From: Lingula anatina
Lineage: Eukaryota > Animalia > Brachiopoda
DNA length: 64,000 nucleotides
Assembly (NCBI GenBank): GCA_051362555.1
Contig: CM120646.1
Span: forward strand, 15,128,001-15,192,000
Direction of reading: 5' to 3'
The notes beneath the pieces were generated by a model, which did not search any database, was not told where the DNA came from, and worked only from the letters and a program-made list of their open reading frames with translations. Positions 1 through 15,964 of the stretch are shown piece by piece (the first letter of the stretch is position 1; each line of letters opens with the position of its first letter). Position numbers and translations under genes: made by a program.

Positions 1-2998
<2,998 letters not shown>

Positions 2999-3540
2999 TT
3001 TCGAGAACGGAAAACCAAGGAAAACAATAATAGCTCCGCAGATTTGAAATGAAGGGGGGAAAAAATACTGAAATAAAACGGAATTTTACATTTCCCTCAA
3101 TTTTCTATGATCACCCAAACTGACTATTAATTTCAATAATATTGGCAAATTTTATTTATAAATAATTTGCAATACGGGTAATATTTTTTTAAAACTGCAC
3201 GGTGTGACACTTTGCGCTACTGGGCTATTTTTAGCAACACACCAGATAACGCAAGCTGGTCCCGCAAGGTGTCACTAGTGGGTATGGGTATTTCAGCGCC
3301 AGGTGTGACAGGAATGGTGGTGTAAGACTGAAGTACAGGCGAGGGTTAGTCGGAGCTAGTATTGGGTTGGTATATTGGACGAATATGTCACCTGGCAAAC
3401 GAACTATGATTCCTAGTGGACTACCATTCCTGACACAGCAGCAGGAGTGTTTTTTTTTCTGTGCGCTTTGAATGCCCCCCCCCCCCCCCAAATAGTGAGC
3501 TTTGTGGGTGGATATAAACCGCTGCTTAAGTATATGTAGA

Positions 3541-3590
<50 letters not shown>

Positions 3591-3592
<2 letters not shown>

Positions 3593-4219
3593 CATTGGCC
3601 AAAAAGGTTGTCCCACCCCCATTTCCATGTACTTTTTTTGCAAATGATCGATCTCACAGCTGTAAATTGCTAGAAATAGTGCTTTTTATTACAGATTCTG
3701 TGTCTTACATGATTCTGTGCCTTACATGGTTAAAAAAATACAAAATGGTGGTGAAAATATACACATTTTATACCATTTAGTAAAATTTATAAGAGGTACC
3801 CCCTCAAATCCACTGTTTCACTGTGACTTCTACAAATGTAAACAAATGTCTATTAAATTGAAAAGACGCCATCAAATGTCACCAAATTCACACACAATTA
3901 GCATAAGGGTGTGCTCGTTGAAGGTCACGTGCATCACAGCGTGTGCATTTATCGCGTACTGCAATTATCTCCTGTAGACGGCGCGACAAGCCACAGTGAA
4001 ACAGTGGATTTGAGGGGGTACCTCTTGTAAAATTTACTAAATGGTATAAAATGTGTATATTTTCACCACTATTTTGTAGTTTTTTAATCATTAATCATGT
4101 TAGACATGGTATCTGTAATAAAAAGCACTACCTCTAACAATTTACAGCTGTGAGGTGATCATTTGCAAATAAAAGTAGCCTACATGGAAATGGGGGTGGG
4201 ACAACTTTTTTGACCAATG

Positions 4220-4221
<2 letters not shown>
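3591..4221. mobile_element. MITE with ~240-bp terminal inverted repeats, inserted in a (TA)n microsatellite
   Basis: AACATTGGCCAAAAAGGTTGTCCCACCCCCATTTCCATGT... at 3591 is mirrored by ...ACATGGAAATGGGGGTGGGACAACTTTTTTGACCAATGTT ending at 4221. (TA)n runs lie on both sides. Confidence 0.85.
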
Positions 4222-4287
<66 letters not shown>

Positions 4288-4865
4288 GTTATAATAATCT
4301 CTTTTAAATATAGGTATTACTTTTATCGTTATTATTTATGTATATATTAATTATGCCTATTTAATTAAATTCATTAATCATTGCTTGGCAGATGGATCAT
4401 ACAATAATAAAAGTTATTATAGGTTATTGAGCACAATTAGCTAGAAATTTTCTTAGTGTTAGCTTGCAGTCAACCTGGTCTTTGAAAAACATGATTTCAA
4501 TAGGTGGTTCATGGGACCAGCGGTATAGACTACACATTAAAATTGTCCCACTAAAATTAACGTGTACATGTACGCTGTTATATTTCGTTTTTCTGTCGGA
4601 TTTTTTAAAAATGATTTTAGCAACTAAGTTAAGCGGTGAAAACTTTCACAGGTACTGACAGCAAACGGCACCAGATAACGCTCTGAGACTAATGGCCTAA
4701 AGACCAAGTATCAATACTGTTATCCTGTCAGCTGGTGACCTTGGCTTCACCACAATTTATACTGTAAGACTTTATATTTCTTTATACCAAGAAGGTGACT
4801 AGATGTAAGGAAACGAAACCGTTCGATAAATTTCATAAAATAATTTATTGAAGTATTATTTGTTT

Positions 4866-4904
<39 letters not shown>

Positions 4905-5373
4905 TATTTAACAGTAAAATTTAGGGAAATCTTGAAGTAAATATAAATTATCAGCTTGTGAACAAAGAAATAAACATGCACCCATGTTTGCTTAGATAGG
5001 TGCGTTCAACTTAAAGCTATAATGCATCCACAATAGGCCCACGAGGAGTATGTCATGCCTGCAATAAAATACACCAACATACAGTATACACAGTGTCTTA
5101 CATTAAGACCAACATGTTCCTTATTCCATTTACCACACCACAATAACACACTTTCTTATATTATGACAAAACACATGGTTGTGATACACTTCACCTAAAA
5201 ATAAAAAAATCAACGTGGTTTATATTATGACGAAAATAAGAGTGTTGCACACTGCATTCGAATGAATATACAATTGTTTCTGCAATAACAAATGATGTAA
5301 TTGCAATCTTTTTCACCAGAGTAATGAACTGTAATCGTAACAAATTAAAGGCATGGCTGTAATTCACTACTAG

Positions 5374-7557
5374 TAGGCTTGTTAAGGACCAAAAAATGGC
5401 CAAACGCTGCATTTTGTAGTACAAATGTCTAACTTGGCATAAATGTTCCTTGGGCCAAAAGGAAATTTTTTATCCAAAGAGACACGCTCTATCGATGTAT
5501 AAATTAGCATAAAGTATGCAAATTAGGTGCCAAAATAAATAATATTTCATATTCTCATTAATTTTGGCCTAGCAACATGTATAGATTATCAAACCTGACT
5601 AAATTAGGGACAAGGAACCCATTTTTGATCATTTGGAAGCAGTTGGTGGCCATTTTGTGCCTCAAATCCAAGATGGCCGCCACCCGCCATTTTAAAAGTG
5701 GACAAAATTTTGCTATTTTATGTTGAATTTTGAAGCGTTTGGTCTATATATACTTGATATATATATCGATTCCTACTATTTTGGGGGTGCAAACGTCATT
5801 TTTGATATTGTTTTGGTGATAGTAGGTGATTTGAAGGGACAAAGAGGGTGTTTTAAGTGCCTACCAAGATATGTGTGAACACTGCAATATTGATATTGAT
5901 ACATTCAAATATATCTCAATGCAATATTTTGTTATATACCATCGCTATTGGACTATATTATGAGCAAAAAATACATTTTTACCATTATGGAGGCCATTGG
6001 TGGCCGTTCTATTTCTCAATTCCAAGATGGCCGCCAAAAACCATTTTGAAATTGGGCATAATTCGCTATTTTGAAACTATATGTATTACATCTTTGTAAA
6101 TGAGTAATACGTCGTTTTATATTATTTTCTGGTGCAGAATACATTATCTGTTTCATAAAATGTGAGTACAAACTATTTAAGCCGCCAAATTAATATGCAT
6201 GTCGGCTTAAGTTGTCAAATAGACTTACATATGCCATGTAGTCTAATTAGTACAAAATGTTTTATAAAATCCTTAAGAGCTTGAAACAAGTGTAAGAGAC
6301 CAAAATGGCTTAATTAAAGGTAAAGAACACATACTTGGTGCTTTAGAGACAATTGGTAGCCATTTTGATCCTCATATCCAAGATGGCCGCCAGACACAAT
6401 TTTTGAAATACGGGTAGGGCATAACTCATTAATTTGAAGCTATTGCTCTTACACTAGCATGTTATACATCGTTTCTTATCATTTGGGTTGTAGAAGTCAT
6501 GCGTCTTATCTCTTGTGAGATATAATACAAAAAGAAAATATTACAAGGCACCAACACCAATACAGGCTTACGTCTTCACCTTCGCTTGTATACGTCTTGA
6601 AGTCAAATTTGTGCAAAAATATGTTACATAACAGTTTTAAAATGGTTTTGCCAGACATAGATTAAGTGCAAGAGACCAGCATGGCTGATTCGACTTTATG
6701 GTGACTACTGTTTGCTATTCTATTGTTCATATCCAAGAGCCTGTCGCTATTCTAAAATTATGGCATAATTTCCCTTTTTTTAAGCTGTTGGACTTTTTAT
6801 ATGATCGTAATACATCAATTGTTACTATTTTGGAAGTACATAATTAATTTCTGGTGTTATTCTGGTGACAGAGGATAATAAAAAAGGCATAAGGTGTTTT
6901 AAGATGATTCCAAGATGAATTTTCCTGTAGTTGTCATATACTGTAGATGTTTTGTGCTTGTTCGTCCATTGGAAACAATGAGAACTATGTAGTCGCCTTA
7001 TGGATTTCTATTGGTAGTGAGATGACTTGACTGGCCAAATCATGCTAGGAATGATCACTGGCACTGTCAACTAGGAAAAAAGGCTGCTTCCTCGACTATT
7101 TTGCTTTATCCCTCTTGCCTACCTGCGCAGCTGCTGCTTTCTAGTTGGTTTTGCAGATTCCTTCTTCCTCTGATGCGACATGTTCTCATGCATTGGTGTT
7201 TCTCTGGAAACTGGATTTTAATATATTGTTTGGCTGTTTCTCATAGGACACTGACAAAACCTCAATACTTACTGGCTGTTGTCTTATTGGCCTACCAGAG
7301 CTGATCATGCATGTTTCTTTTTGCTGTGCTGCTGGATGATTTTGCAGACAAGATCTGGAGCTATTTCAAAGCAAAGTCCATTTGCTTGTCTTTCACGGGC
7401 ATTTACGCATCAACACAACTAACCAAGTTTCATAGTATTATAAGACGACAAATTTTTCACCCTTCAAATCTTCTGGACTATATTTAACATGCAAATGCAA
7501 GCCCCAGTGACTGGGACATAAATGTACGTGTGGCTTTTTGGTTCCCATGGACCAGTA
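5374..7557. mobile_element. Degenerate non-autonomous DNA transposon with repeated CCAAGATGGCCGCC motifs (possibly Academ-like; boundaries approximate)
   Basis: TAGGC start. CCAAGATGGCCGCC recurs at ~5668, ~6022 and ~6378. A similar start and motif occur at 47091-47250. Confidence 0.4.
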
Positions 7558-7809
7558 AAAGATGAATAATATAATGCCACTATGTATATATATTTATTGC
7601 TTACCTTTAAATTATCCAGTATCTTTTAGTGGATGGTCACTTAAGATAAATCTAGATGATATTGTTGCGAATACATAAACATAATTTTCCGGTGGAGGTA
7701 TGAACTTTTATTTACACACGTCTTGACACAAACTGATGACGGTGAACTGAAATAATTGAAACAATGAAACAAATGAAAGTAACAGAATAAACAAATATAA
7801 ATTTCAACA

Positions 7810-8447
7810 TGTCGTCAATGTAAAAATTCCGCTGAACCGTCCCACGCACCAAATCAGTGACGTCATGATCCTGCACAGTGCGCCTAAGCGCAAAACAACT
7901 AGCACTACCTGCCCACTTACCTCCAAACAGGTGGACGCGCATACGATAATGCACGAGTGAGTCATTCTCCCACCATAAGAAGCGTAAAGCATTTCTGTCC
8001 TTTTCTGGGACTATGACTTGGTAGTACATACATTCAATATCCGCCATTATGGCATATCTAAATTGACGGAAACGCAAAAGTATGCCAATCAGCGTATTTG
8101 TCAAGTCGGGGCCCTGCAAACATTGGTCATTGAGACTGACTCCTTGACATTTACAGGCACAATCAAACACAATGCGCAGTTTGTCAGGTTTAGATGAGTT
8201 CGTGACACAATGGTGAGGGATATACCAAACAGATTCGTTGCGCCAATCAATTTCTTTTTCAGGGACCTTCTCAGCGTAACCCTCGCTGAGCAATTTCCTC
8301 ATGTTCTCATCATACCTGTTGAACATGTCATCCCTTCTAAGTCTACGCTCCAACCCCTTTAGGCGATGGAGAGCAACCAAGTAATTGTCAGGGAAATTAG
8401 GCACACCTTCCGTCCAGGGAATAGGGAGGACGTAATGGTCGTTTTCC
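7810..8447 (-). pseudogene. BEL/Pao reverse transcriptase fragment; its 3' part is repeated at 10764-11053 (-) and 11054-11320 (+)
   Basis: WYIPHH.V...KPDKLRIVFD, GPDLTNTLIGILLRFR, ADIECMYYQV, LRFLW, NFYIDD. The frame is cut after YIDDML by a junction to an LTR-like sequence. Confidence 0.88.
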
Positions 8448-8754
8448 TTGACAATTACTTGGTTGCTCTCCATCGCCTAAATCGTTTGCAAACAACACAC
8501 CTTTTCCCAACTTTTTTAACAATACTTCTGCAACCAACAATCCAGAATTTTCTGCGGATGTTGCTAAGAGTCCACTCGGTGCCCAAATGAGCGTCACCGT
8601 GAAATTCACGGACGATAAGATCAGAAACAACATGATCTTTCGGCAAAATCGGAGGTTGCTTGCATTCCATAAAAGAATGCACTAATCGACCGCCTACGAC
8701 CAAAACGCCGTCACGCATGATTGGAGACAATTTGTAAATCGCGCTCGACTTAGA

Positions 8755-10023
8755 GACTTGCTAAAGACCGGCCGCGTTTCTAAGTCGAGCGCGATTTACA
8801 AATTGTCTCCAATCATGCGTGACGGCGTTTTGGTCGTAGGCGGTCGATTAGTGCATTCTTTTATGGAATGCAAGCAACCTCCGATTTTGCCGAAAGATCA
8901 TGTTGTTTCTGATCTTATCGTCCGTGAATTTCACGGTGACGCTCATTTGGGCACCGAGTGGACTCTTAGCAACATCCGCAGAAAATTCTGGATTGTTGGT
9001 TGCAGAAGTATTGTTAAAAAAGTTGGGAAAAGGTGTGTTGTTTGCAAACGATTGTATTCATCACCTATGATACAGAAAATGGCAGATTTACCAGACGTGA
9101 GATGTCAAAGTGGAGGTCCCCCCTTTGACGTAGTTGGTGTTGATTTGTTTGGCCCCCTTAAGGTTAAGGTTGGTCGCGCGGTGGCAAAACGGTACGGCTG
9201 TGTCTTTACTTGTTTTAAAACAAGGGCTGTGCATATTGAAGTTCTGGACAGTTTAGAGACTGATTCATTTATTAACGGTTTCATCCGTTTTGTTGCTAGG
9301 AGAGGATATCCTAGCAAGGTATACAGTGATAACGCTACAAACCTGGTTGGAGCGGACGCCGAAATGGCGCGCTGTTTGCGTCAAATGGATAAGGCTAAGG
9401 TCATATCTGAAGCTAGACGTAAAGGTATTGATTGGGTATTTAACCCCCCTCATGCATCACACTTTGGAGGCGTGTGGGAACGAATGATAAGGACTATCAG
9501 GAAAATTCTCATGGCTCTCCTTGCATCCCCCTCAAGCAGATCGTTGTCCGATTATGTGTTGCAAACAGTGATGTGTGAATGCGAATGTATCATAAATGGT
9601 CGGCCAATAACACGTAGCAGTGACGATGCATTTGATTTAAATGCACTGACTCCAAATCACTTATTGGCTATCCGTGGCATCCATTCTCTTCCCTGGGGTG
9701 ATTTTCATACTGCTGACACGTACAGGAAATTATGGAGACATGCGCAATACATAGTTTCTCAGTTTTGGAAAAGATGGACAAATGAGTACCTGCCGTTGTT
9801 GCAATCCCGTTCTAAATGGCAGTATGCAAAGGAAAATTTGAATGTAGGTGATCTCGTACTTATTGTAGATGCATCTATGCCCAGAGGACTGTGGCCTTTG
9901 GCGATTGTTGAATCTGTTAAGGTCGGCAGAGATGGCTTGGTAAGAAGCGCTTCTGTGCGTACCAATTCGTCAACTTTTGTGAGACCGATCTCTAAACTGG
10001 TGTTGTTAGAAGGAAATGTTTAG
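8755..10023 (+). CDS. BEL/Pao integrase (HHCC zinc finger, DDE core, C-terminal domain), 5'-truncated pol fragment
   Basis: H..AH.G...CVVC; GVDLFGP; SDNATN; HFGGVWER; LTPNHL; FWKRW..EYL; RPISKLV; stop at 10021-10023. Confidence 0.92.
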   Translation, partial: DLLKTGRVSKSSAIYKLSPIMRDGVLVVGGRLVHSFMECKQPPILPKDHVVSDLIVREFHGDAHLGTEWTLSNIRRKFWIVGCRSIVKKVGKRCVVCKRLYSSPMIQKMADLPDVRCQSGGPPFDVVGVDLFGPLKVKVGRAVAKRYGCVFTCFKTRAVHIEVLDSLETDSFINGFIRFVARRGYPSKVYSDNATNLVGADAEMARCLRQMDKAKVISEARRKGIDWVFNPPHASHFGGVWERMIRTIRKILMALLASPSSRSLSDYVLQTVMCECECIINGRPITRSSDDAFDLNALTPNHLLAIRGIHSLPWGDFHTADTYRKLWRHAQYIVSQFWKRWTNEYLPLLQSRSKWQYAKENLNVGDLVLIVDASMPRGLWPLAIVESVKVGRDGLVRSASVRTNSSTFVRPISKLVLLEGNV

Positions 10024-10181
10024 ATGTTTAAGGATTTTTGAGGATTTGTCTAAGATAAACAAGTGGACACTTTCTAGATTCTGTCTTTTAAATTAAGTAT
10101 TGAGTATGATAATTCTATTAAGAACTGGAAGACAGTAATTATTATTATTATTATTATTATTTTTTTTTTTTGTGGGCTGAG

Positions 10182-10397
10182 TGTTGCCGACAGTGTCGTC
10201 GGCAATTTTTTGTTTCGTTTGTTTGTGTTGTTTGTCATGTTTACTTTGTGTTGTCTCGTCTTGGTGTGAGTGGCGCCCTCATATGTTGGATGATTGGTGT
10301 TCTGTTGAGTGGTAATAAAACGTCACCATGTATTGTCATGGTTGGAACACGCCTAGTACTGTACGCGAATGAGTGGAGGCAGCATTGTTATTTCACA
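10182..10397 (+). repeat. LTR type B (216 bp); inverted copy at 11459-11673, partial copy at 10484-10616
   Basis: TGTTG start after a PPT-like GTGGGCTGAG, internal AATAAA, ends TTTCACA. Followed by PBS-like TGGCATCAGAAG overlapping a gag-like start MASEELVHVRRARKGAVTKAI. Confidence 0.8.
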
Positions 10398-11311
10398 ATG
10401 GCATCAGAAGAGTTAGTACATGTGCGTCGTGCCCGTAAGGGCGCGGTCACAAAGGCTATTGGACACATCGAACGAGCAGTCGCGTGTGAGTGGCGCCCTC
10501 ATATGTTGGATGATTGGTGTTCTGTTGAGTGGTAATAAAACGTCACCATGTATTGTCATGGTTGGAACACGCCTAGTACTGTACGCGAATGAGTGGAGGC
10601 AGCATTGTTATTTCACTGTTGCGAATACATAAACATAATTTTCCGGTGGAGGTATGAACTTTTATTTACACACGTCTTGACACAAACTGATGACGGTGAA
10701 CTGAAATAATTGAAACAATGAAACAAATGAAAGTAACAGAATAAACAAATATAAATTTCAACATGTCGTCAATGTAAAAATTCCGCTGAACCGTCCCACG
10801 CACCAAATCAGTGACGTCATGATCCTGCACAGTGCGCCTAAGCGCAAAACAACTAGCACTACCTGCCCACTTACCTCCAAACAGGTGGACGCGCATACGA
10901 TAATGCACGAGTGAGTCATTCTCCCACCATAAGAAGCGTAAAGCATTTCTGTCCTTTTCTGGGACTATGACTTGGTAGTACATACATTCAATATCCGCCA
11001 TTATGGCATATCTAAATTGACGGAAACGCAAAAGTATGCCAATCAGCGTATTTGTCAATTTAGATATGCCATAATGGCGGATATTGAATGTATGTACTAC
11101 CAAGTCATAGTCCCAGAAAAGGACAGAAATGCTTTACGCTTCTTATGGTGGGAGAATGACTCACTCGTGCATTATCGTATGCGCGTCCACCTGTTTGGAG
11201 GTAAGTGGGCAGGTAGTGCTAGTTGTTTTGCGCTTAGGCGCACTGTGCAGGAACATGACGTCACTGATTTGGTGCGTGGGACGGTTCAGCGGAATTTTTA
11301 CATTGACGACA

Positions 11312-11458
11312 TGTTGAAATTTATATTTGTTTATTCTGTTACTTTCATTTGTTTCATTGTTTCAATTATTTCAGTTCACCGTCATCAGTTTGTGTCAAGA
11401 CGTGTGTAAATAAAAGTTCATACCTCCACCGGAAAATTATGTTTATGTATTCGCAACA
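11312..11458 (+). repeat. LTR-like sequence type A (147 bp); inverted copies at 7663-7809 and 10617-10763
   Basis: TGTTG...CAACA termini and AATAAA ~50 bp before the end. Its end forms the left terminus of the insertion next to the TSD. Confidence 0.6.
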
Positions 11459-11885
11459 GTGAAATAACAATGCTGCCTCCACTCATTCGCGTACAGTACT
11501 AGGCGTGTTCCAACCATGACAATACATGGTGACGTTTTATTACCACTCAACAGAACACCAATCATCCAACATATGAGGGCGCCACTCACACCAAGACGAG
11601 ACAACACAAAGTAAACATGACAAACAACACAAACAAACGAAACAAAAAATTGCCGACGACACTGTCGGCAACAGATATATTTGAGCATGTGGTTCGGGTT
11701 CCACATTTTTGTAACAGACTCAACGGAACTCATCTTGGAATTTATTTTACAACCTTATATTACCTTTTTACTATCTTCTGTCACCAAATTAGCAACGGAA
11801 AATTACTTTTGAGCCCCCAGAATAGTATCATTTTACCTAATACAAGCGAATGAGGATCACACTGAAATGATACAATTGGCAATAA

Positions 11886-11951
<66 letters not shown>

Positions 11952-12204
11952 TTTATCAGTACCTGTGTCCTTTAACTAAATTTAATTCTATTTAGAAAAA
12001 AAATCAAACATATATTACACATAGCAAACTAGGGCGCGCATATATGATAATTAATTCTAATGAAATATACATGTTCATAAAACCCAAACAAATAATGATC
12101 TAAGGTTAAACTAAAACATAGTCCCACACATAACGTTTTTAGTTGATCCTTTTTGATTCCAGCGTGATAAACAAAAGACTGTGTTTTACATCTGTGGACT
12201 GTTG

Positions 12205-12251
12205 TCACATGTACATGGGGTAATCGGTCATAATTGTTTTGTTGATTTCTC
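12205..12251 (-). CDS. Possible terminal coding exon of the channel-FN3 gene (GEINKTIMTDYPMYM*)
   Basis: CCTTAG acceptor in phase 1 followed by a short open frame to TGA. No homology support. Confidence 0.3.
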
Positions 12252-13232
12252 CTAAGGATCAATGCAAAGATATGGCTGACACAAAATATGTATAAACAAT
12301 GGCTTTTTCACTTTTCCCTATAATATCTGACACCCTGGTAGAGGGTAGCTCCCCTTTGTCTGTTTGCATTCAAGGCGGTAGTGATCCACAATACCCGCAG
12401 GCTGTTCCCACTCTATGGCCGATTCTACTGCTGGAATACCCACAAGTTTCACAGCAGAGTCCCAGGTTGATTAAAATCTTTAGGGATATATGTTAAAGTT
12501 AAAGACCCTAGGACTCTATAAAGTCAGAAAGTGTTCCCAAAACAGGCTTATATCTTTTCCAGTCTCTTCTCCCCCTGCCGCTAACCGTCCTGACCATTCT
12601 TCATGAATCTGCAGTAGTTGAAAAGTGCAAATAGAATGTTATAATGTCTGGATTACTAATCCAGTCATTTTTGATCGTTGTTGCAAGGTTGAGGCTCCGG
12701 AGTATGAAGCGTACGTAGATATTTTAATATTTTAAAGAACAATCATCTCACTTCTTTTAAACTTAAAATAAATGTACATTGTTACATGACATTACTTAAT
12801 ATGATTATGATATAACTGGAATCTTACAGTATGTAAAAAAAGTACCATACCTGTTGTTGCCGACCAGTGTGTCTTGTCGCTGGTTTTATCTCCGCTCACC
12901 AGTTCAACATAACCTTCAATATGTGTGTTGGGATTCAGTGGAGATATCAGCAACTGCTGGGGTTCTCTCGTAGATACATGTTTTGTTATTTTCTGAGTAG
13001 AGCCAGGTAGACAATATGGGACTACTGCTTCGGTCACATCTGGTTCATCCTCCTTTCTACTCCATTTAAGTCTGATTGAATCTGGTGCAGTATCAATATT
13101 GCCCATCGACGGCCGTGAAGGAACTAGGTTGAAAAAGTGTGAATTGCGAATTTATTACTTGAAATGAAATTTAATGTCTCACATCAAGCTGTGTTTCCAT
13201 AGTTTATACAAAAATTATAAAGGTAACTGATG

Positions 13233-13296
<64 letters not shown>

Positions 13297-15904
13297 CATC
13301 AGTCAAAACCTATTATGAGACAATTAAGTACGAATTGAAATGGACACAAGCATATATGTGCAATTACAAATAACGAATATTAAAAATAATAAGCTGATGC
13401 AGGCTAAACCTTATATTATGCATTACAGGTATAAACCTGTTCCGATTTCGATACACGCACGCACGCGCGCGCACACACAAACACACATACTCTCCGCCAT
13501 GCGTTACCTGTATAGAACGTTTTCCTATCGCCACCTTGGCTTACGCGCCCTTCTACACTGGACTTTACTTCCGCGACGTACTTGGTCCCTTGATTAAGGT
13601 TAATAATTGATCCCGTGACTGCAGGATATTGAACCGTGGTCTTTCGCTTTGCTGATGGGTTGTTAGCACGCCAAAATACGATATCATACCTCTTGACCTT
13701 TCCCTCAACAGGCGGTCTCCAGGACACGTCGGCAAAGGTGGAAAACCCTTGCACTTGCACATTACTTACAGCAGGTGGTTCTGAAAAAAATTATGACAAG
13801 TGCATGTTGGCAGTAAGTCCTGCGTAAATACTCAATAAGCCAGTGAAAACAGGGCTACAGCAACCAGAAAGGAGATTCAACGGATGTATTAATTGCGTCT
13901 TCATAGTTATTTTTTAAAATAATTAAAATTAAAATGAACAATATTAATTAAAATGAACAATATTATTCAGAGATAATTGAGTCGTAATAGATTTATTTGA
14001 AATGGCTGTTTAACTTAACTTTTATAATCGTAACAGAAATTGCCAGGACTATGCACATACACAACCTGCAACAATGTTAACCACAAGGTTTTTTTCCCTT
14101 TTTTTAAACACTTAATGTACAATCCTGGGCTAATAACTAGTCAAGATAAAACAAGCGTAATCTGAACAAAACCACGGGTTCCTCTTGCTACCATTCTATC
14201 ATTACCAAACAGTACAGAATGCTTGACAATAAGTTATTTACCTGTACTAAACAACGCCTCCTTGAAATCGTTATTCCTCGTTTCTTGAAAGACAGCCTTT
14301 ACTTGTACCTTGTACTGTGACCCTGGAGTTAAAGGCTTAAGTATTGTTTCTAAGGCTTTAGAAGACGCTGTCAGGCAGGGTTCAGGTCTGCGAGCGTTCA
14401 CTTCCCAACAATTGATTTCAAATGTGATGCCGTCATCATCCCTTTTATCTGGATAGGTCCAATAAATTTTTGCTATATTCGCTCCTGGGTTGACAGAAAT
14501 ACCCGTGGGAGGCAAAGGGGCTGTAAAATAACCAACAGGCAACGATAACAAAGTAACGATATCGCACAAATAAATGCTGTTCACTTATAACGTAAGAAGT
14601 ACTTTACGCAGTTGTATATCAATATGTAATAATAACACATCGCTTTTCATTCTACTAAATTGCTCGCACAACGCTTGCACTTTAAATATATCGAATTTAT
14701 GTCTATAATAGCTGTCAGGAAGTATACGGTATTTACTTTTGATTTTAGTCATTAATCTTTTATCTTCGCACGTCGGATATACTTTCATGTGAAAATAAAT
14801 ATTTCATTCATGTGAAAATAAGTATGTCTTGTAAATGAGCAAATATGTTCATAAGCTTGGAAGTTGAACCATACAAAATTTATTTATTACAAGCTGATAC
14901 ATACAGCGGCAAGTGGTGAGTAACAAATTCTACTTAAATAATTCACCGAACGATTTGCCAGTTGGCTAACAGAGAGGAAAATTCTCCAGCTTGTGCTAGA
15001 AATTACTTTCTATAAACATTTCTTGGTTTTTTAATCTATCTTGCTATATTGCACATTTTCTGCTTTTTTAAACAAATTTGATAGCTACAGCCTATAACAT
15101 TTTTCTATTTTCGTATCTATTCAAAGAGAGAGAGAAAGAGAGAGTTCAGTTTATATGTAACCAGGATATGTTGTGTGACTAAGACAGGGTTCCATATCCC
15201 TAGATGGATCTAACAGAATCGGTCCATCTCCACGGGGTCCCGCGCTAAATTGCTTTCAGCCCTGGAGGCTTAGACGTCTGGGATGCCCACTGAGGCTGCT
15301 AAACGATAGTTAAACACCCCCTATCAGCCTCAGCAGGCTTGACAGACATCTAAGCCGCCCAAGTTAATTGCAATTAAGCGAGAATCCCCTCGGAGATAGT
15401 TCGAGATAAATCGTTCGGTGAATTATTTTTAAACTTAAAATAAATGTACATTGTTACATGACATTACTTAATATGATTATGATATAACTGGAATCTTACA
15501 GTATGTAAAAAAAGTACCATACCTGTTGTTGCCGACCAGTGTGTCTTGTCGCTGGTTTTATCTCCGCTCACCAGTTCAACATAACCTTCAATATGTGTGT
15601 TGGGATTCAGTGGAGATATCAGCAACTGCTGGGGTTCTCTCGTAGATACATGTTTTGTTATTTTCTGAGTAGAGCCAGGTAGACAATATGTGACTACTGC
15701 TTCGGTCACATCTGGTTCATCCTCCTTTCTACTCCATTTAAGTCTGATTGAATCTGGTGCAGTATCAATATTGCCCATCGACGGCCGTGAAGGAACTAGG
15801 TTGAAAAAGTGTGAATTGCGAATTTATTACTTGAAATGAAATTTAATGTCTCACATCAAGCTGTGTTTCCATAGTTTATACAAAAATTATAAAGGTAACT
15901 GATG

Positions 15905-15964
<60 letters not shown>

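Larger units (their letters stand above)
7663..11673. mobile_element. Rearranged BEL/Pao LTR retrotransposon insertion (RT and integrase fragments, two LTR types, internal palindromes)
   Basis: Ends are TGTTGC (7663) and GCAACA (11673), with a 5-bp TSD GATAT at 7658-7662 and 11674-11678. Contains Pao-type RT (KLRIVFD, SLNDQCLQGPDL, FYIDD) and integrase. Confidence 0.92.

Noticed and set aside
3231-3780. ORFs with IYIYIY runs (also 43405-43629)
   Set aside because: Translations of (TA)n microsatellites.
7712-8473. 253-aa ORF as an intact protein
   Set aside because: Its start comes from an inverted duplication and its hydrophobic C-terminus is read-through into LTR-like sequence; it is a chimeric RT fragment.
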